Shown here piece after piece: positions 39,223-52,299 of a stretch of 64,000 bases of DNA (position 1 is its first letter; every line of letters begins with the position of its first letter). The stretch lies in contig JASTWF010000033.1 of the NCBI GenBank assembly GCA_030390025.1, positions 2,978,001-3,042,000 of the forward strand. Reading direction: 5' to 3'. A program made the translations under genes and the position numbers. The DNA comes from Squalus acanthias. Its lineage: Eukaryota. Below the pieces are notes generated by a model, which searched no databases, was not told the DNA's origin, and saw only the letters and a list, made by a program, of their open reading frames with translations.

Positions 39223-40117
39223 TGTTAATGATCTCTGAATTATTCGACAATACACCAATAGGCAGCAGCCAGTATGTTTGAGCAATAGATCAAGATTTAT
39301 TAATCATACAGCGTAATATACTTAATATTCGGCGATAGTTTTAGCGAGTAGCTCGCAGCCCTAGGTCTCTGGAACCTCTCGGATACAGATGACGCCGTCT
39401 TAAATCTGGTCCTTTGTTTTCGCAGTACGTCTGTGTAAAATTGTTCTTTGAGTATCGCGGTTTAAACCCTTTTCTTATCAATAACTTCGTTTGGCCAGTG
39501 TACATATATGGTCTTCAACAAAATCACCTTTTATAATTGGTTCTAATGGTTAACATACCATTGTCACTTCGACTAAGTTAGCATCCCGCCTTTCCAGTAT
39601 TTTTCCACCAACTTTGAAATGTTCAGTGTTATCTTGTTTATAAATTTGCACCCCATTGGAATTGACTTTATCTCTTTCATCTCGAGCTCCGCTGGTACAA
39701 GGCCTTTATAGCAAGGGTCCATATCAGCGCTGTCTAACTCGTCTTTAGGTATCCAGACTATCTCACTTTAATCTACCAGCTAAATACCTTATCTCCATGA
39801 TCTCTCTCATTTTATGTCTTTATACTAATTCTTCTTTAAATATTGTTGCAATTAGTTTTATTAAGCGAAATCTAAGTTCTACTTAGCATCGTAGTATGTA
39901 ATTTAATGATTTGTCCTGCACTAGCAGCCTGTAACTGTTTGTTATCAAAGTTTAGTCAAAACTGCTTCAGACTGTGCAGCTACATTTTGAACAATTCTGA
40001 GATTGTAGCTACCCAGGAGTAATTGTGGGCTATATTATTTGGTCAATGGCTACACTTGAAGTTATACATATATGATTCTCGTCCACTAAATATCTTCAAA
40101 TATCAGCCTTCCGTACA
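39223..40117 (-). mobile_element. Probable solo LTR inserted in the satellite
   Basis: Unique ~895-bp block bounded by TGTTAA...GTACA with satellite on both sides; AATAAA on the minus strand near 39296; no clean TSD seen. Confidence 0.55.
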
Positions 40118-41704
40118 CAGTATAGTAGTCATTTGTGATGCAATAGAACATTGCAATGAAATATCACTTCGCAATATAATCGTCATTTGCAATGCAATAG
40201 CAGATTGCAATGGAAAATCACTTAAGAAAATAGTAGTCATTTGTAATGCAATAGAAGTTTGCATTCTAATACAAAGTTATAATATAATAGTCATTTGCAA
40301 TGCATTGGCACATTGCAATGGAATATCACTTTGCAATATAATAGTCATTTACAAAGCAATAGAACATTTCAATGGAGTATCAGATTTCATATATAATACT
40401 TATTTCCAATGCAACAGAACATTGCAATGTAATATTAGTTTAAAATATAACAGTCATTTGAAACGCAATAGAGTGTTGCAATGGAGAATCACTTTGCAAT
40501 ATAAAAGTAATTGGCAATGAAATAGCATATTGCAATGGAATATCACTTTGCAATTCAATAGCCATTTGCAATGCAAAAGTTCTTTGCAAGGAAATACCAA
40601 TTAAGGATATAGTAGTCATTTGTATTGCAATAGAACATTGCAATGGATTATCATTTTGAAATAGAATCGTCATATGCAAAGCAATAGAACATTGAAATGG
40701 AATATCACTTTGCAATAGGATCGTCATTTGCAAAGCAAGAGAACATTGCAATGGAAATTCAGTTTGCATTGTAATAATAATTTGCAATTAAATAGAATAT
40801 TTCAATGGAATATCAATTAACGGTATAGTAGTCATTTGTTTTGAAATAGATTATAGCAATGGAATATCAATTTGCAATAGCATCGTCATATCCAAAGCAA
40901 TACATCATTGAAATGGAATATCAATTTGCAATATAATATTCATTTGCAATGCAATAGCACATGACAATGGAATGTTAATTAGCAATATGATCGTCATTTG
41001 CTATGAAATAGAACATTGCAATGGAGTATCACGTTGTCACGTAATAGTCATTTGCAAAGCAACAGAACATTGCAATGAAATATCATTGCTATATAATTGT
41101 CATTTGCAATGCAACAGAACATTGCAATAGAATATCACTTTGCAAAAAATAGTCATTTGCAATGCATTAGCTCATTCTAATAGAATTTAGCTTAGCAATA
41201 TAATCCTCAATCGCAATGCAGTAGCACATTGCAATGGAATATCAATTAAAGATATAGTAGTCATTTGTAATGCAATAGAACAATGCAATGGAATATCACT
41301 TTGCAATAGAATCGTCATATCCAAAGCAATGGAACATTGCAATGGAATATCACTTTTCAATAGAATCGTCATTTGCAAAGCAAAGGAAACGTTGCAATGA
41401 AATTTCACTTTGCATTGTAAAAATAATTTGCACTGCAATAGAAAATTGCAAAGGAACATCACTTAACAGTATATTGGTCATTTGTAATGCAATAGCATAT
41501 TGCAATGGAATATCACTTTGAAATATAATAGTCATTTGCAATGCAATGGCACATTGCAATTGAATATCACTTTGCAATATAATATTCATTTGCACTGCAA
41601 TAGCACATTGCAATGGAATATCACTTTGCCATATAATAGTCAATTGCAATGAAATAGAACATTGATATGGAAAATCAGATTGCAATTCAATAGCCATTTG
41701 CAAT

Positions 41705-43045
41705 GCATAGAAACATAGACATAGAAACATAGAAAATAGGTACAGGAGTAGACCATTCGGTCCTTCGAGCCTGCACCGCCATTCAATGCGTTCATGGCTG
41801 AACATGCTACCTCAGTACCCCATTCCTGCTTTCTCGCCATACCCCTTGATCCCCTTAGTTGTGAGTGTTATATCTAACTCCCTTTTGAATATATTTAGCG
41901 AACTGGCCTCAACAACCTTCTGTGGAAGAGAATTCCATAGATTCACCACTGTCTGGGTGAAGAAGTTCCTCCTCAGCTCAGTCCTAAATGGCTTCCCCTT
42001 AATCCTTAGACTGTGACCCCTGGTTCTAGTTTTCCCTACCATTGGGAACATTCTGCCCGCATCTAATTTGTCTAAACCAGTCAGGATTTTAAATGTCTCT
42101 ATAAGATCCCCCCTCATTCTTCTGAACTCCAGAGGATACAAGTTCAGTTGACCCAATCTTTCTTGATATGTCAGTCCGGCCATCCCAGGAATCAATCTAG
42201 TGAACCTTCGCTGCACTCCCTCAATAGCAAGAATGTCCTTCCTTAAGTTAGGAGACCAAAACTGCGCACAATACTCCAGGTGTGGCCTCACCAAGGCCCT
42301 GTACAACTGTAGCATCACCTCCCTACTCCTGTACTCAAATCCCCTTGCTATGAAGGCCATCATTCCGTTTGCTTTCTTGACTGCCTGCTGCACTTGCATT
42401 CCCACCTTCAGTGACTGATGTACCATGACGCCCAGGTCTCGTTGCACGTCCCCTTTCCCTAATCTGCCACCATTCAGGTAATAGTCTGCCTCTCTATTTT
42501 TACCACCAAAGTGGATAACCTCACATTTATCCACTTGTACTTCATCTGCCATACATTTGCCCATTCACCCAACCTGTCCAAGTCACTCTGTAGCCTCCTA
42601 GCATCCTCCTCATTGTTCACACTGCCTCCCAATTTAGTGTCATCCGCAAATTTGGAGATATTACATTTAATCCCTTCGTCCAAATCATTAATATATAATG
42701 TAAACAGCTGGGGTCCCAGCACCGAACCCTGCGGTACCCCGCTGGTCACTGCCTGCCATTCTGAAAAGTACCCATTTACTCCTACTCTTTGTTTCCTGTG
42801 TGCCAACCAGTTCTCAATCCACGTCAACACATTACCCCCAATCCCATGTGCTTTAACTTTGCTCACCAATCTCTTGTGTGGGACCTTGTCGAAGGCCTTC
42901 TGAAAGTCCAAATACACCACATCTACTGGTTCCCCCCTGTCCACCCTATTGGAAACATCCTCAAAAAATTCCAGAAGATTTGTCAAGCATGATTTCCCTT
43001 TCACAAATCCATGCTGACTTGGACCTATCATGTCGCCACTTTCCA
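41705..43045 (-). mobile_element. 5'-truncated, fairly well preserved CR1 inserted in the satellite
   Basis: Two overlapping RT ORFs (200 and 250 aa); 'catagaaacatagacatagaaacatag' tail. Confidence 0.92.
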
Positions 43046-43871
43046 AATGCAATAGCACATTGCAATGGAATATCAATTAAGGATATAGTAGTCATTTGTA
43101 ATGCAATAGAACATTGCAATTGAATATCACTTTGCATTTGAATCGTCATATGCAAAGCAATAGAACATTGCAATGAAATATCACTTTGCAATAGAATCGT
43201 CATTTGCAAAGCAAGAGACCATTGCAATGGAATTTAAGTTTGCATTTTAAGAATAATTTGCAATGCAATAAAATATCGCAATAGAATATCACTTAACAGT
43301 ACAGTAGACATTTGTAATGTAATACAATATTGCTATGGAATATCACTCAGCAATATATTCGTCATTTGCAATGCAATAGCATATTGCAATGGAATATCAC
43401 TTTGCAATATAATAGTCTTTTGCAATGCAACAGAACATTGCAATGGAACATAACTTTAGATATAATAGTCATTTGCAATGCAATAGCACATTGTATTGTA
43501 ATATCACTTAGCCATATGATCGTCATTTGCAATGCAATAGAACATTGCAATGGAATATCACTTTGCCAGATAATAGTCATTTGCAATGCAATAGAACATT
43601 GCAATGAAATATCACTGCAATATAATCGTCATTTGCAATGTAATAGCACATTTCAATGGAACATCACTTTGCATTATAATAGTCATTTACAATGCAATAG
43701 CACATTGCAATGGAATATAACTTAGGAATATCGTAGATATTTGTATTGCAATAGAACATTGCAATGGAATATCACGTTCAATGTAATAGTCATTTGCAAG
43801 GCAATAGCACATTGCAATGGAATATCGCTTTGCAATATGATTGTTATTTGCAATGCAATTGAACAGTGCAA

Positions 43872-45200
43872 TGTCTTCGAAACTAAGGGTGCCTAAAAAT
43901 GAATATAGCTGCATGAATAATACTGTGTTTAAATGATAACTTCCGTTTTCCTGGAAAGCATGCATTAGAATTTGAGACAGTCTTTTTAATCAGTTAGATT
44001 CGGGGAAACATAAACATTCCACACGGGGACCCATAGGATGGTCCTGTCAGGCACGTTATCTGTGGTTTGTAAGTTAGGGTTTTGACTTCGATTATGTATC
44101 TTTAATTTGGCCAGTGAAGGCCCAACCTATGTTTCTTGCATTGTTACTAATAACCATATTATAATCTCCACAGATAGAATTTGGAATTTGTTCAGCAGAA
44201 CTGCTTTTCAAGATAATTAAAAGTGAATTAGGAATAGGCATAGAATGAAAGACATTTGAGGAGGCTAAGGTATCCATCTTAGAATGGGCCATTTGCTAGA
44301 TGAAGGTGAGATAGCGACTGGCTAATGTGCAACAGCTCTGGCTGGGGCCATGATTAAGAGGGACAGGGCCGGGCCTTATACTTGCTGGGTTAAGGAGGAT
44401 ATTTTCAAAGGAGATAAGATGGATTCCAATGGAGGAACCTTTAAATGTAAAAACAAGAAACATAAATTGGATGAAGTGATGAGACCCTCTTTTGGGGAAG
44501 GCTTTCATCCAAGATCCAAGAAAAAGAACTTGAGCTGCCATTGGTTGATGAAGTTTTAGAGGAACCTCTACAGATTAACTGGTCTTGTCAATAACTTGGC
44601 CTCAGGCCCAACCCTAAAAGGAGAATAAAAAGTGAAACTCCAAGCGCTTGCCCACAGACGGTGGAGGGGAGAGCCGAACAGAAGTTGCAAAGAGAAGTTG
44701 GGCTGGTCGAACGCTCTTTTGACTGCGAGCCCATGCTCAGCATTGGAGGTTCGAGAGAGGGAGAGAGAGAGAGAGAGAGAGAGAGAAGGAGAAGGAGAAG
44801 GAGAAGAGGCCAGAGGCCAGAGAACTGTTTACGCATGCTGATCGGGTCTGATACCAGCTGCTTGTCACGGTCGTATGATTTTACTGTTTTACTAGTGTGT
44901 TATATTCGTCCTAAACTCCGATTAAACACAATATACCCACGATATTGGTTTGCAGTCGATCCTGTTTACCAAAGATACGTGAATCTCTACAAATTGGCGA
45001 GCCGAGTCAGGGTTGTTGTTTTCGAAACGAGCTGGGGACGGGTTCAGTCTATAATGTTACAAGGCATTCTTATCGGGTTGTAAAGTAAAAACGAAATGGC
45101 AGATATATAATTTAGAGAAAAGTTTGCGAACAGTCTTTCGGATAGGTAAGCGGCTCCGGGAGCCCAAGTAGTAATCGGAATAGTACAGGGAGACGGGAAG
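43872..45200 (+). mobile_element. Probable 5' LTR (~43872-44991) with PBS and truncated leader of another LTR element
   Basis: TG...CA block ending 'gaatctctaca', followed by aatTGGCGAGCCGAGTCAGG at 44995; ATTAAA at ~44921. Confidence 0.6.
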
Positions 45201-45460
45201 AGTGAGAAGAGTTACTCTGAGATTTGGGGCGAGATATTTGAGGGACGGCAGTTGTCACATCTGAAGCCATTGATAAAGAGCATGTCGGTTGTGAGAGGAA
45301 GAATATTTCTGACGTGAAGCCGGTTTGAGGCAGTCAGTCTGGATTTGTGGGAGAAATGAGCTGTACAGGCTGGATTATGGACAATAAAATGGAAATTGTA
45401 GAAGGTGCAATGATGCACTGCAGCCAATGAAAGTCCTTTTGTGAGCTTCAGTAAGCAAGA

Positions 45461-45533
45461 GCCCGGATAGATCAGTCGGGCGAGCATCAGACATTCAATC
45501 TGAGGGTCCAGGGTTCAAGTCCCTGTTCGGGCG
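45461..45533 (+). pseudogene. tRNA-Lys(UUU)-derived pseudogene; anticodon reads TTC
   Basis: 73 nt GCCCGGATAG...GGTTCAAGTCCCTGTTCGGGCG matches the vertebrate tRNA-Lys(UUU) body, with D-arm changes and anticodon loop CA-TTC-AA. Confidence 0.85.
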
Positions 45534-45589
45534 CTGCTATTAATTCACGATATTCATTTATGCATTCATGCTCTGATCCTTTAGCAATG

Positions 45590-46105
45590 AGAATAACAAC
45601 AGGACTAGGCCTTTTCACCGCTCGAGCCTTTCTGCAGTTCAATGAGATCTGTGATCGAACTCCGTTTGCATCCCTTTGCTCCAGATCCCTCAATATCTTT
45701 GGTGAACCAACATCTATCAATCTCAAGTTTAACATTGCAAATTGACCCAGCTTTAAGTGCTGTTTGCCGAAGTGTGTTACAAATTTCTGCCACCTATTCC
45801 ATGCAGAAGCCTTTCCGAACTTCTCTCATGAACGGCTTGGAACTAATGTTGATTCTGTGTCCCGGACTCCAAGACGGGCCAATCATCGGAAATAGCTTCG
45901 CTCTATCGACACTATCAGTTCCACTTAATATCGTGAATACTTCAATCAAATCACCACGTAAGCTTCTAAATTCCAGGGAATATATCCCTTGTTTGTGCAA
46001 TCTCCCATTTTAATTTGTCCCTTGGACTCTGTGTATCATTCTGGTAAATCTACGCTTCACTTTTTAAGCCTAATATTACCTTCCTAATGTGTGATGCCCA
46101 AAACG
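45590..46105 (-). mobile_element. Old CR1 3' fragment
   Basis: GIYSLEFRSLRGDLIEVF peptide. Confidence 0.75.
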
Positions 46106-46149
46106 TAAGGGCGTAAGGGGATGTAGCTCAGGCCTTTGCTAAGGGCTGA

Positions 46150-47210
46150 TCATTCGGGGTCAGAGAGGGGAAGGTCAGAGGGGATAGTGAAAACGGAACC
46201 ACGATGGAGTTCCCCTTGTCCTCACCTTTCACCCCACCAGCCTGCACATTCAACGTATCATCCTCCGCCATTTTCGCCACCTCCAGCGTGATCCCATCAC
46301 CAAAGGCATCTACCCCTCACCTCCACTTTCAGCATTCCGTCGGGACCGCTCCCTCCACGACACACTAGTCCAATCGTCTATCGCCCCCAACAACCCTTCC
46401 CCTTCGCCCAGCACCTTCCCATGCAAGCGCAAGAGATGCAACACATGCCCTTATACCTCCCCACTTCCCACTGTCCAGGGCCCAAAACACCCCTTCCAGG
46501 TGAAACAGAGATTTATTGTACATCTTGCAATTTAGTATACTGTATTCGCTGCTCACGATGTGATCTCCTCTACATTGGGGATACCAAACGCAGATTCGGT
46601 TAATGCTTTGTGGAACACCTCGGTTCAGTCCGTAAGGGGGACCCCGATCTTCCGGTCGCATGTAACTTTAATTCACGGCTCCACTCCCACTCAAACCTCA
46701 CCGGCCTCGGCCTCTTGAATTGTTCCACGGAAGATCAGCGTAAGCTCGAGGAACAGCACCCCATCTTTAGATTAGGCACTTTAGAGCCTTCTGGACTCAA
46801 CATAGAATTCAACAACTTCAGATCATAACATATTTATGTATATATATTATTCACACTTTTGTTCTGTTCTTTCCTTCCACAGGGCAGCTGTCTTCCATTC
46901 TGCCAGCGCAATTTACACTTCATCTAGAGCCATCCTTTCTTTCTTAACCTGTCCCATTACCTTCCCCTTTTGCCTTGAATATCTCTTAATGTCTCTCAAT
47001 GTCTCTAAATCTCTCCTGCCTTCCAGCCTATCACAGGCCTTCCCTTTTGTTCTCTCATCCCAGCCCCCATTTCCCAGCCACTACACTTGCTTAAAAATCT
47101 GTTCCATTTCCTGCTTTTTTTCCAATCCTGACGAAAGTTCATCGATCTGAAACGTTAACTCTGTTTCTCTCTTCACGGATGCTGCCTGACCTGCTGAGTA
47201 TTTGCAGCAA
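46150..47210 (+). mobile_element. Penelope-like element 3' part with GIY-YIG endonuclease remnant
   Basis: CTSCNLVYCIRCSRCDLLYIGDTKRRF, EHLGSVRK...PVACNFN and EEQHPIFRLGTLEPSGLNIEF; terminal motif at 47130-47210. Confidence 0.88.
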
Positions 47211-47223
47211 GCGTTATTTGTGC

Positions 47224-47296
47224 TCCTGCATAGCTCAGTCGGTAGAGCATTAGACTTTTAACTTGAGGGTCCACGGTTCAAGTCCCTGTTCATGCA
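47224..47296 (+). pseudogene. tRNA-Lys(UUU) pseudogene
   Basis: ATAGCTCAGTCGGTAGAGCATTAGACTTTTAA...GGTTCAAGTCCCTG, with mismatches in the acceptor, anticodon and T stems. Confidence 0.8.
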
Positions 47297-47449
47297 CTGC
47301 TTTTAAATCACGAAACTCATCTCTGCATTCGTGCTCTGATTCTTTAACAATGAGAATAGCAATCGGAGTAGTCCATTTAATCCATCGAGCCGTTCTGCCA
47401 TTCAGTTGGATCTGTGATCGAGCTCCTTTTGCATCTCTTTGCTCCACAG

Positions 47450-49310
47450 AAAAATAGGAGAAGGAGTAGACCCTTCGGTACTGCTCCGCCGTTCAATATG
47501 ATCATGGCTGACCTCTATCTCAGTATTATATTCCCGCTCACTCCACATACCCCTTGATGCCGTTTTTTATCTAGAAATCTATCTATCTCCTTCTGAAATA
47601 TATTCAATGGCTTGGCCTCCAAAGCCTTCCGTTGCAGAGAATTCCACAGATGCGCCACCCTCTGAGTGAAGAAATGTTTCCTCATCTCAGTCCTAAATGT
47701 CCTACCCCGTATCCTGAGACTGTGACCCCTCGTTCTAGAACCTCCAGCCAGGGGAAACATCCTCCCTGCATCCAGTCTGTCTGCCACTGTAAGAATTTTA
47801 TACTTTTCAATGAGATCCCCTCTCATTCTTCTAAAATCTAACGAATACAGGTGTAGTCGACCCAATCTCTCCTCGTACGACAGTCCTGCCATCCCATGTA
47901 TCAGTCTGGTGAACCTTCGCTGCAATCCCTCTATAGCAAGTATATGCTTTCTTAGGTAAAGAGACCAAAACTGCACACAGTACTCCAGGTGTGGTCTCAC
48001 CAAGGCCCTGTACAACTTCAGTAACACATCATTGCTCCTGTACTCAAATCATCTGCTATGAAGGCCAACATTCCATTTGCCTTACTACCTTCTTGCTGCA
48101 CCTGCATGTTTGCTTTCAGTGACTGATGTACAATGACACCCAGGTCCCTTTGTACATCAACATCTCCCAATCTATCACCATTTAAGTGCTATTATGCCTT
48201 TCTTTATACCTACCGAAGTGGATAACTTCACATTTATCCACGCTAACCTGCATCTGCTATGTATTTGACCACTCACTCAACTTGTCTAAATCGCCTGGAA
48301 GCCTCTTTGCAACCTTCTCACAACTCACAATCCCACCTAGTTTCGTGTGGTCAGCAAACTTGGAAATATTACATTTCGTTCCCTCATCCAAATCATTGAC
48401 ATATATTGTGAATAGCTGGGGATCAAATACTGATCACTTTGGTACAAAACTAGTCAACGCCTGCCACCCCGAAAAAGACTCATTGATTCCTACTCTTTCT
48501 TTCCTGTCTGTTAACCAATTTTCAATCCATTCCAGTATATTACCCCCGATGAAATGTGCTTTAAATTTAAAGTGGGTCTTTATCAAAGGCCTTCTGAAAA
48601 TCTAAATACACCACATCCACTTGTTCTCCTTTATCTATTTTACCAGTTACATCCTCAAAAACTCCAGTAGGTTTGTCAAACACGATTTCATATTCATAAA
48701 TACATGCTGACTTATGAAATCCCGTTGATTATTTCTAAGTGTCCTATTATCACATCTTTTATACTCCATATAGACTCTAGCATGCTCCCTACTAGTGATG
48801 ATAGGCTATCAGGTCTGTAGTTCCCTGTTTTCTCTCTCACTCGTTTTTTAAATAGTGGGGTTACATTTGCCACCCTCCAATCTGCAGGAACTTTTCCATA
48901 ATCTATAGCATTCTGGAAGATGACAATCACTGCATCCACTATTTCCATGACTACCCCTTTTAGTACTCTGGCGTGCAGATTATCAGGCCCTGGCGATTTA
49001 TTGGCTTTCAGTCCGATTAATTTCCCAAGCACTATTATTTTACTAATACTAATTTCCTTTAATGCTTTCTTCTCACTAGACCCTTTGTTCCCACGCATTT
49101 CTGGGAAGTTATTTGTGTCCTCTTCCGTGAAGACAGAACCAAAATATTTGTTTAATTGCTCAGCCATTTCCTTGTTCCCTATTATGAATTCTCCCGTTTC
49201 TGACTGCAAGGGACCTACACTTGTCTTCACTAATCGTTTTATTTTTGCATATTTGAAGAAGGATTTACAATCTGCTTGTATGTTCCTTGCAAGTTTACTC
49301 TTTTTACTCC
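47450..49310 (-). mobile_element. CR1-type LINE fragment
   Basis: LVRPHLEYCVQFWS and KSPGPDNLH peptides. Confidence 0.9.
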
Positions 49311-49364
49311 ATCTGCCAACTTACTTCCCACTCTTCATCTATCTATATCCCTTTGCAGACACTG

Positions 49365-51801
49365 TGTGTTCTTCTAGGTGAAAAATGAATTCACTCGAGT
49401 CTCTCTGAAAGCAGAAGATCACAGTTTCTTTAACAGAGCGCTCTGGGAAGGAGCCATAGACTCCGCGGTCTAGTGATCCACTTCTTGTCGTTACAGTGGT
49501 ATTGAAACTTCTTTTATACTTTATAGGGTCGTTACGCAATTCATTACATACAAATGTCTTCACCCAATCACATTCCCCCATCAACAGACTTCTAATTATA
49601 AACTGCATTTAAAGCTAAAAAATGTTACTCCCTATCGAAACTATAAACATCGAAATGTTGTGTCAGCTCTGTCTGGTCGGACTGGCTGGCCATGCGGTGA
49701 TTGGTTCTCAAGTGTAACCGTTGTACTATTATTATTTTGGTGGGCCTCGGACGTATGCATGTTGACCACAGCCATTACTCATCGCACTGTGTCAGCGAAA
49801 CCATTCTAAATTTACGAATTTATTACATTCTTTAAGCCCTATAATTTTTACTCTAACAATCCCTCCTTTTGTTCCCTGATCAAAACTCCTTTTGTGACAG
49901 GGAGCCAGCATCATACGGATTTATGGTAATGTAAGTCGATATGTTTACATTCCAGGGGCTCACAGTCCGTTAGTCAGATTGTGGCATCCTTGTATAGGGA
50001 CTCATATCCACACATCTCTCTCTCCGGGTGTCATTGATTAACCATCATTACACTTACAGCAAGCCGTGACATTTGAGCGCAACAATATTTTAACAATAGG
50101 GCCAGACCATACATTACTAATATTATAACAAAGAACAAAATCATTCCTTGTACTACTGTTGTCCCGAGTGATCCCTACTATCAAGATGCCCAGCCCCAAA
50201 GGGTGGATGCCGGAGGTTGTTTTAATGTTTTTAATTCTTCCTGTATGTGTTCTGCCAAGTTAGTTATTGCTTCCGAGTTATCTGGTATGTAGGTACAACA
50301 TTCTGTACCTATTAGGGCACAGGTTCCCCCTTTTTCCACCAACACATAGTCAAGGGCCATCCGATTTTGTACTGCTACTGTGCGGAGGGCTACCATCTCT
50401 GCATTAACCTTAACTAGAGCTTCAGCTGTATCGTTGGCCACCTGCTCCAAGACGGAGGCCATGTTAATGGATTCCCTTGCCAATTTACCCGCTCCATTCT
50501 CGGGGCAACCAGGGATAGGCCCTATGACCGCACACGAAATGAGTCCCGTTGTCGGAGGTATACTTATTTACCTCTGGCGGATCCCATTGTACTGAAAAGT
50601 CACCGCTTTCGTTTAGTGACGGGAGGTTCACACTACCCGTTTTACCAGGCAAGGCAATGTTATATGTGCAGTTACTGTAGCCCACAATAGGATCTGTCGG
50701 TCCTCCCCTCTTTACGAGACGTAGTCCCCCCCCTTTGTCCCACCTTACTCCTCGTTCTCAGTAACGGTGGTAGATAGGAATCGTTATATGTTGACCATGT
50801 CCACCCAATACAATATTCTGGGTTGTACCCATGACGTTGCAGCTTTGCTATAGTTCTGCCGTCTGTCTTGGCTTCATAACATCCCACACTTTTGCATCCT
50901 GCTCTATCACCAAACATCCAACTGACCATCTCATCGTCACTAAGTGGGATTGGTTGTAGGGGGATTACTTCCTCCGAGTGCGTGGGAACATGGGCGCAGA
51001 CCCAACAGCTGGCAAAATCAACTCTCTTGGCATATGTGTACGACATATATAAAAAGGTGTTCACCCGTAACCCACTTTTGGCCCGTGGGAGTACGCTAGC
51101 CTGACTCCTCCCGAGGCTACATATTATGATTATACAAACTAGCAAACTACACATGATATTGCGTAACACGATCATCTTATCACTTTATGTTAACAATGTT
51201 GCAAAGGCTATATCGCCAACCGAACCGCTTTGTTGCTATAAAGATTCTATTTTCCTGTGGGGGTGAATAGAATACTGTCATTATACTGGGTCCTCGATCA
51301 GAATCATTTGGATTACCTCCTCCTGCTCTACGGTTGGAGTCGATGGGAATGCTCCCATACATGCTTCACGATACATCCCATGGTGTATCCCATTATGACA
51401 ATGCATATTGTCCATACCAACGTTCGTACTAGCGCCCATTCCCATTCTTTAATTGTTTAACGTATTCTTCACTTCCCACAAAAGGTACTTGCTCTAGTGT
51501 AGCCATTTTTAAGCTGGCGAAGGGTCATAGTCTTTTAGCTGTGTCCAGTGCTTCCATCGTCTCATGCCCTTCATATCAATGCAAGCACACGTATCTCCAC
51601 TAATTAGAATCTGATATGGTCCTGACCATTTTGGGGGAAACCCGGGTTTCCCTGGTAAAACTTTAACCATTACCGTAGTCCCGGCTGGAGGGATATATGG
51701 GAGCGCGGTCAATTCTAAATCCTTATAATTTTCTTCCTGTCTCTCCCGCGTTTGCTGCCTCATTTCCTTTAATTGACTGCTTAATTCGAGGACATACCTT
51801 C
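49365..51801 (-). mobile_element. ERV-C: 3' remnant of an ERV (integrase C-terminus, gamma-type env, PPT, 3' LTR ~49365-49858)
   Basis: PKWSGPYQ (IN); signal plus CWVC (SU); VQNRMALDYVLVEKGGTCALIGTECC (ISD + CX6CC); PPT AAAAGGAGGGAT at 49870-49859. Confidence 0.9.
50040..51175 (-). pseudogene. env: ERV-C gamma-type env, frameshifted and internally deleted
   Basis: CWVC, THFVCGHRAYPWLP, CKS-17-like ISD, CX6CC and a TM helix. Confidence 0.88.
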
Positions 51802-52281
51802 TGTAGGAGTAAATTTATTATAGGGTTTTAATAAGAAATCTAAAATTAAAGAAAGTGCCGTAAGAAGTAAATTCGTAAATAGAAAATGGTTTCGCTGACA
51901 GTGCGATGAGTAATGTATGTGGTCAACATTGAGGCCCACCAAGGAGGCCACCAAGGCAATAATAGCACAACGATTACACAATCAACGCATGACTGGCTAG
52001 TCCGAATGGACAAATGTGAGGCAAACCGTTATGCTTGTAGTTTCGTTAGGGAAGTAACTTTTGAACCTAACGTACATATTATAATTAGAAATCTGTTGCT
52101 AAGGCTATGTGATTGGATGAATAATGTATACAAGGAATCTCATACCGCTGTAATTTCGAGAAGAAGTAGTCACTAAGCTGAGGAGTTTACGACATCTTCT
52201 CCCAAAGATCTTTGAACATTAATAAACTGTTTGGTTGTATCTATGACACAGAATGGAGTGAAATAATTTCTCCACAACAAA

Positions 52282-52299
52282 TGGCGTCACGAACAGGAT
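52282..52299 (+). promoter_or_regulatory. Primer binding site complementary to a tRNA-Ser 3' end
   Basis: TGGCGTCACGAACAGGAT, 2 nt after the LTR; as I recall it, this matches the vertebrate tRNA-Ser(CGA) end ...AUCCUGUUCGUGACGCCA. Confidence 0.8.

Larger units (their letters stand above)
37420..43871. repeat. Diverged satellite built from 18-bp TTGCAA subunits (~54-bp higher-order unit), interrupted by a probable solo LTR and a CR1
   Basis: Recurring 'tgcaatagaacattgcaatggaatatcactttgcaatataatagtcatttgcaa'. Confidence 0.93.

Noticed and set aside
37497..43965. Many Cys/Ile/Asn-rich ORFs
   Set aside because: They are satellite translations.
46117..46132. GGGGATGTAGCTCAG, like a tRNA-Ala 5' end
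   Set aside because: Only ~15 nt match and no remaining cloverleaf or B box follows.
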